From the NCBI RefSeq assembly GCF_044704955.1, contig NC_091997.1, positions 86,800,001 through 86,864,000 on the forward strand: 64,000 nt of DNA, read 5' to 3'. The number at the start of each line of letters is the position of its first letter. Within the stretch, counting starts at the first letter, position 1. Origin of the DNA: Pristiophorus japonicus (taxonomy: Eukaryota). The translations under genes and the position numbers were made by a program. Shown one piece after another: positions 59,696 to 64,000 of this stretch. The notes under the pieces are model-generated. The model saw only the letters and a list, made by a program, of their open reading frames with translations, was not told where the DNA came from and searched no databases.

Positions 59696-60670
59696 TAAGG
59701 ACATAGTCGACATATTTACTGAGGAGCACGAAAGCATGGGCCTTACGCTAAACATCCGTAAGGCAAAGGTCCTCCACCAGCCTGTCCTCACCGCACAGCA
59801 CTGCCCCCCCAGTCATCAAGATCCATGGCGCGGCCCTGGACACCGTGGACCACTTCCCATATCTCGGGAGCCTCCTATCAACAAGAGCAGGCATCGACGA
59901 CGAGATCCAACACTCTTTTCCTCAGGCAGCCAAAGGCTGCACTGGCCTCCAGTGGGCCAGTGCAGCCTTTGGCTGCCTGAGGAAAAGAGTGTTTGAAGAC
60001 CAGGCCCAGAAAACTGCCACCAAGCTCATAGTCTACAGGGCTCTAGTAATACCTGCCCTCCTGTATGGCTCAGAAACATGGACCATGTACAGTAGACACC
60101 TCAAGTTGCTGGAGAAATACCACCAACGATGTCTCCGCAAGATCCTACAAATCCCCTGGGAGGACAGACGCACCAACATTAGCATCCTCGTCCAGGCCAA
60201 CATCCCCAACATTGAAGCACTGACCACACTTGATCAGCTCCGCTGGGCGGGCCACATTGTCCGCATGCCAGACACGAGACTCCCAAAGCAAGCACTCTAC
60301 TCAGAACTCCTTCATGGCAAACGAGCCAAAGGAAACATTACAAGGACACCCTCAAACCCTCCCTGATGAAGCGCAACATCCCCACTGACACCTGGGAGTC
60401 CCTGGCTCAAGACCGCCCTAAGTGGAGGAAGAGCATCTGAGAGGGTGCTGAGCACCTCGAATCTCATCGCTGAGAGTATGCAGAAACCAAGCGCAGGCAG
60501 CAGAAAGAGCGTGCGGCAAACCAGTCCCACCTACCCCGTCCCTCAACGACTATCCGTTCCACATGTGACAGAGTCTGTGGCTCTCGTATTGGACTGTTCA
60601 GCCACCAAAGAACTCACTTCAGGAGTGGAAGCAAGTCTTCCTCGATTCCGAGGGACTGCCTATGATACTG
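59696..60670 (+). mobile_element. RTE LINE 3' kilobase
   Basis: DHFPYLGS..LLYGSETW..LRWAGH..RLPKQ; TSD ATATAAATACA. Confidence 0.9.
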
Positions 60671-61130
60671 ATATAAATACAAGTTGTTGTTGTAGTCCAA
60701 CTCGCTTGCAATAAAGGCCAACATGCCATTTGCCTTCCTAATTGCTTGCTGTACCTGCGTGCTAACTCTCTGTATTTCTTGTATGATGACACCTAACTCT
60801 CTCTAAACACCAACATGTAATAGTTTCTCACCATTCTGTTTTCAATTGCTCCTCATCATCTTCCTCCTCCCATGCCCCTCATTGTTGTGGGGGATCTACA
60901 GGCGGGCAGAGCCTCAGCTTAGAATGGGTGAGCACGACTGCCTGTGGCTGTGCAGAGCTTCAGGGGATTGCCAGGGTGACTGTCAGTAACCCTGGGCAAC
61001 AATATACCCCCCCCACCAGCATCTCCCTCAGCAAGAGCGGAATGCCCCGCTGTGTGTTTCTCCCCATGGAGCGTGAGGGGTTTAAAGGGGCACCTGCACG
61101 AGGACTATGGAAATCAGGGAAGGCTGGAGT

Positions 61131-62292
61131 GAACATAAGAATTAGGAGCAGGAGCAGGCCATTCGGCCCTTCGAGCCTGCTCCGCCATTCAGCAAAATCA
61201 TGGCTGATCTTCAACCTCAACTCCACCTTCCCGCACTATCCCCATATCCCTTAATTTCCTTAGTTCCCAAAAAAATATCGCCCTCTGTCTTGAATATACT
61301 CAATGACTGAGCATCCACAGCCCTCTGGGGCAGAGAATTCCAAAGATTCACCGCCCTCTGAGTGAAGAAATTTCTCCTAAATGGCCGAGCCCTTATTCTG
61401 AGACTGTGACCCCGTGTTCTAGACTCCCCAGCCTGAGGAAACATTTTCTCAGCATCCACCCTGTCAATCCCCTTAAGAATTTTATATGTTTCAATTAGAT
61501 CACCTCGCACACTTCTAAACTCTTGGGAATATAGGCCTCCAGGGAGCTGAAATTTATCAATTCACCGCCGACTGCCGCCGACATTCCTATGGAAGATCCG
61601 CCCAGTGCCACTTTCGGGGCGGCTTGGAGCGGGAGGGAGGGGAGAGCCGCCGGGAAGCGCCCGCCGACGTCAGCGGACGGCCGAGTGGCGCAAATGAGTT
61701 CCCGCCCGCCGACGTCGGGACTCGGCGGGACTCGGCAGGACTCGGCGGCAGAACGTGGTGCACCGCTGGATGGAGGCTGGTCTGTCCCCGACGGTGAGTC
61801 TAAAGAACCTGAAAAAAAGGTAAGGGAACATTTAAAAAAAAAAAATGTCCACAGCGACTTACCTGCATGGGGTCCCCTGAAGGTCTTCCGATAGCTTTTG
61901 TATTTTTTTCTGACGATTCTATTTTCAGGTCTTCGACCCTCCGTGGACCCGACTCCATCCTCGGCGGCACTTGGGCGGTAAACGCCTCTGCCGCCGAGAA
62001 TGAGACCTCCCGCCTGCTGTCGCCCATATTGGTGGCGTACGTCTTCTATTTGCCGCCCGCCAATCTTCGAGGGACCTCCTTCATGACTATCCCGCCCAAA
62101 GTACCGTCCGGTACCTCGGTGGCCATCGGCGGCACTTGGGCAGGTGGAGGCCTTGATCAAAATCGGCCCCCGAGTCGACTCAATCTCTCCTCATGGGGTA
62201 ATCACTTCATCCCAGGAGCCAGTTAAATGAATCTTTGTTGCACTCCCTCTAAGGCAAGTATGCCTTTCCTCAGGAAAGGAGATCAGAACTGT
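61131..62292 (-). mobile_element. CR1 3' fragment split by a MITE
   Basis: ORF 61217-61510 (RGDLIETYK..WNSLP); resumes at 62171. Confidence 0.85.
61541..62170. mobile_element. MITE-like element of the same TIR type as 13673-14295
   Basis: GGGAGCTGAAATTT..AAAATCGGCCCC termini, CpG-rich arms and a central AAGGTAAG. Confidence 0.6.
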
Positions 62293-62482
62293 AGAGTGTG
62301 GGCCAAGAAGAATAGGGGAGCTGAAGTAAGAGATATCATGGAGCGTTCAGTTTGTTAAAGTGGAGGAAGGGATTTTAGGGATGTGCATGTTGTTAGGAGA
62401 GTTGGGTAATCATAGTGTAAGATCCTGTGTTTGAGCACCCCCACCCCATCGCCCCCTCCCACCCCCCCTCTGTTAACCAGAA

Positions 62483-62917
62483 TGCATCGTCCGCATGCCC
62501 AACACGAGACTCCCAAAGCAAGTACTCTATTCAGAGCTCCTACACGGCAAGCGAGCCCCAGGTGGGCAGAGGAAACGTTTCAAGGACACCCTCAAAGCCT
62601 CCTTGATAAAGTGCAATATCCCCACTGTCACCTGGGAGTCCCTGGCCAAACACCGCCCTAAGTGGAGGAAGAGTATCCGGGAGGGCGCTGAGCACCTTGA
62701 GTCTCGTCGCCGAGAGCGTACAGAAAGCAAGCGCAGACAGCGGAAGGAGCGTGCGGCAAACCAGCTCCACCCACCCTTTCCTTCAACCACCGTCTGTCCC
62801 ACCTGTGACAGAGACTGTAATTCCCATATTGGACTGTTCAGTCACCTGAGAACTCACTTTTAGAGTGGAAGCAAGTCATCCTCGATTTCGAGGGACTGCC
62901 TATGATGATATGATGAT
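62483..62917 (+). mobile_element. RTE LINE 3' end
   Basis: RLPKQVLYSEL..CPTCDRDCNSHIGLFSHLRTH and a (TGA)n tail. Confidence 0.9.
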
Positions 62918-63005
62918 TGTGAAAAGTTAATGTTGCTTTAAGAGGGTGAAGGGTGTGGTGCTGCCCAAAGTGGACAAGGATGAAAAGGAAGAGTGTGTTA
63001 CCTTA

Positions 63006-63340
63006 CCTGCCCTGGTGAGGTCATTAGAAACATAGAAACATAGAAAATAGGTGCAGGAGTAGGCCATTCGGCCCTTCTAGCCTGCACCGCCATTCAATGA
63101 GTTCATGGCTGAACATGCAACTTCAGTACCCCATTCCTGCTTTCTCACCATACCCCTTGATTCCCCTAGTAAACTTTTTGTGGGACTGATCTGCAGTCCT
63201 GAGGGGTGAGGGAGTTGGCAGTGGGTGCCAGTGCTTGCTCCCCGCAGGTTGCAAAGGTCCTGCCTTTCCTGGTGGCTTGGTGCCAGGCTCCGCTGCCGGC
63301 AAGCGTGAAATGCACGAGGAAGGGGTCACTGAGACAGAGA
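63006..63340 (-). mobile_element. Harbinger Myb/SANT gene remnant interrupted by a CR1 tail (63027-63170)
   Basis: Removing the CR1 tail gives RTADQSHKKF|NDLTRA followed by the donor GTAAG. Confidence 0.55.
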
Positions 63341-63442
63341 GTGAAGTATCGGAGCGTCAGTGAGTGAGGGGAGCAAAGCCCCTTCCTTACTCACATTCCC
63401 CCAGTCTGCTACAGAAGGCTTTGGGTTCAACTGGCTTTATCA

Positions 63443-64000
63443 CAACACCAACTTGTATTTATATAGCGCCTTTAACGTAGGAAACATCCCGAGGTGTTCC
63501 ACAGGAGTGCTTTAAGAGAATAATTTGACACCGAGCCACATAAAAAGAAATTACGGCAGGTGACCAGAAGTTTGGTCAAAGAGGTAGGTTTTAAGGAGCG
63601 TCTTAAAGGAGGAAAGAGAGGTAGAGAGATTTAGACAGGGAGTTCCAGAGCTTGGGGCCCAGGCAGCTGAAGGCACGGCTACCAATGGTGGAGTGATTAT
63701 AATCAGGGATGCTCAAGAGGGCAGAATTAGAGGAGCGCAGACATCTCGTGGGTGGGGAGGTTGTGAGGCTGAAGGAGAGTACAGAGATAGGGAGGGGTAA
63801 GGCCATGGAGGGATTTAAAAATAGAATGAGAATTTTGAAATTGAGGCATTGGTTTACCGGGAGCCAATATCGGTCAGCGAGCACAGGGGGTGATGGGAGA
63901 GCGGGACTTGGTGCGAGTTAGGACACGGGCAGCCAAGTTTTGGATCACCTCAAGTTTACGTAGGGTAGAATATGGGAGACCAGCCAGGAATAGTCAGGTC
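63443..64000 (-). mobile_element. L2 LINE 3' end
   Basis: WLPV..FKIL..LRSS..GSRAFS..GPKLWNSL and the tail AAAGGCGCTATATAAATACAAGT(TG)n. Confidence 0.85.

Overview
Repeat-dense vertebrate DNA, most likely from a shark or other chondrichthyan (inferred from the repeat families, not from a search). Most of the window is nested retroelements. These include many CR1 LINEs with (TTCTATGT)n tails (two with uninterrupted 968-aa ORF2), RTE, L2 and Penelope fragments, and tRNA-derived SINEs. Also present are Harbinger and Tigger-type DNA-transposon remnants and several GC-skewed minisatellites. Three structurally complete elements stand out: a 2.2-kb ORF1-only Tx1/L1-type element sitting in a SINE tRNA head with a 16-bp TSD (38231-40395); a 6.5-kb endogenous retrovirus with a Ser PBS, 5-bp TSD, a -1 frameshift signal and a deleted env (41087-47586); and a Gypsy element with gag and protease but no RT, RNase H or integrase, carrying an unknown ORF instead (50621-54937). 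Several TSD-bounded chimeric or inverted retrocopies and templated hairpins are visible. Three phase-compatible minus-strand exons (26852-26989, 25400-25432, 21547-21580) probably encode the C-terminus of an unidentified host membrane protein. All calls were made by eye, and fragment boundaries are approximate.
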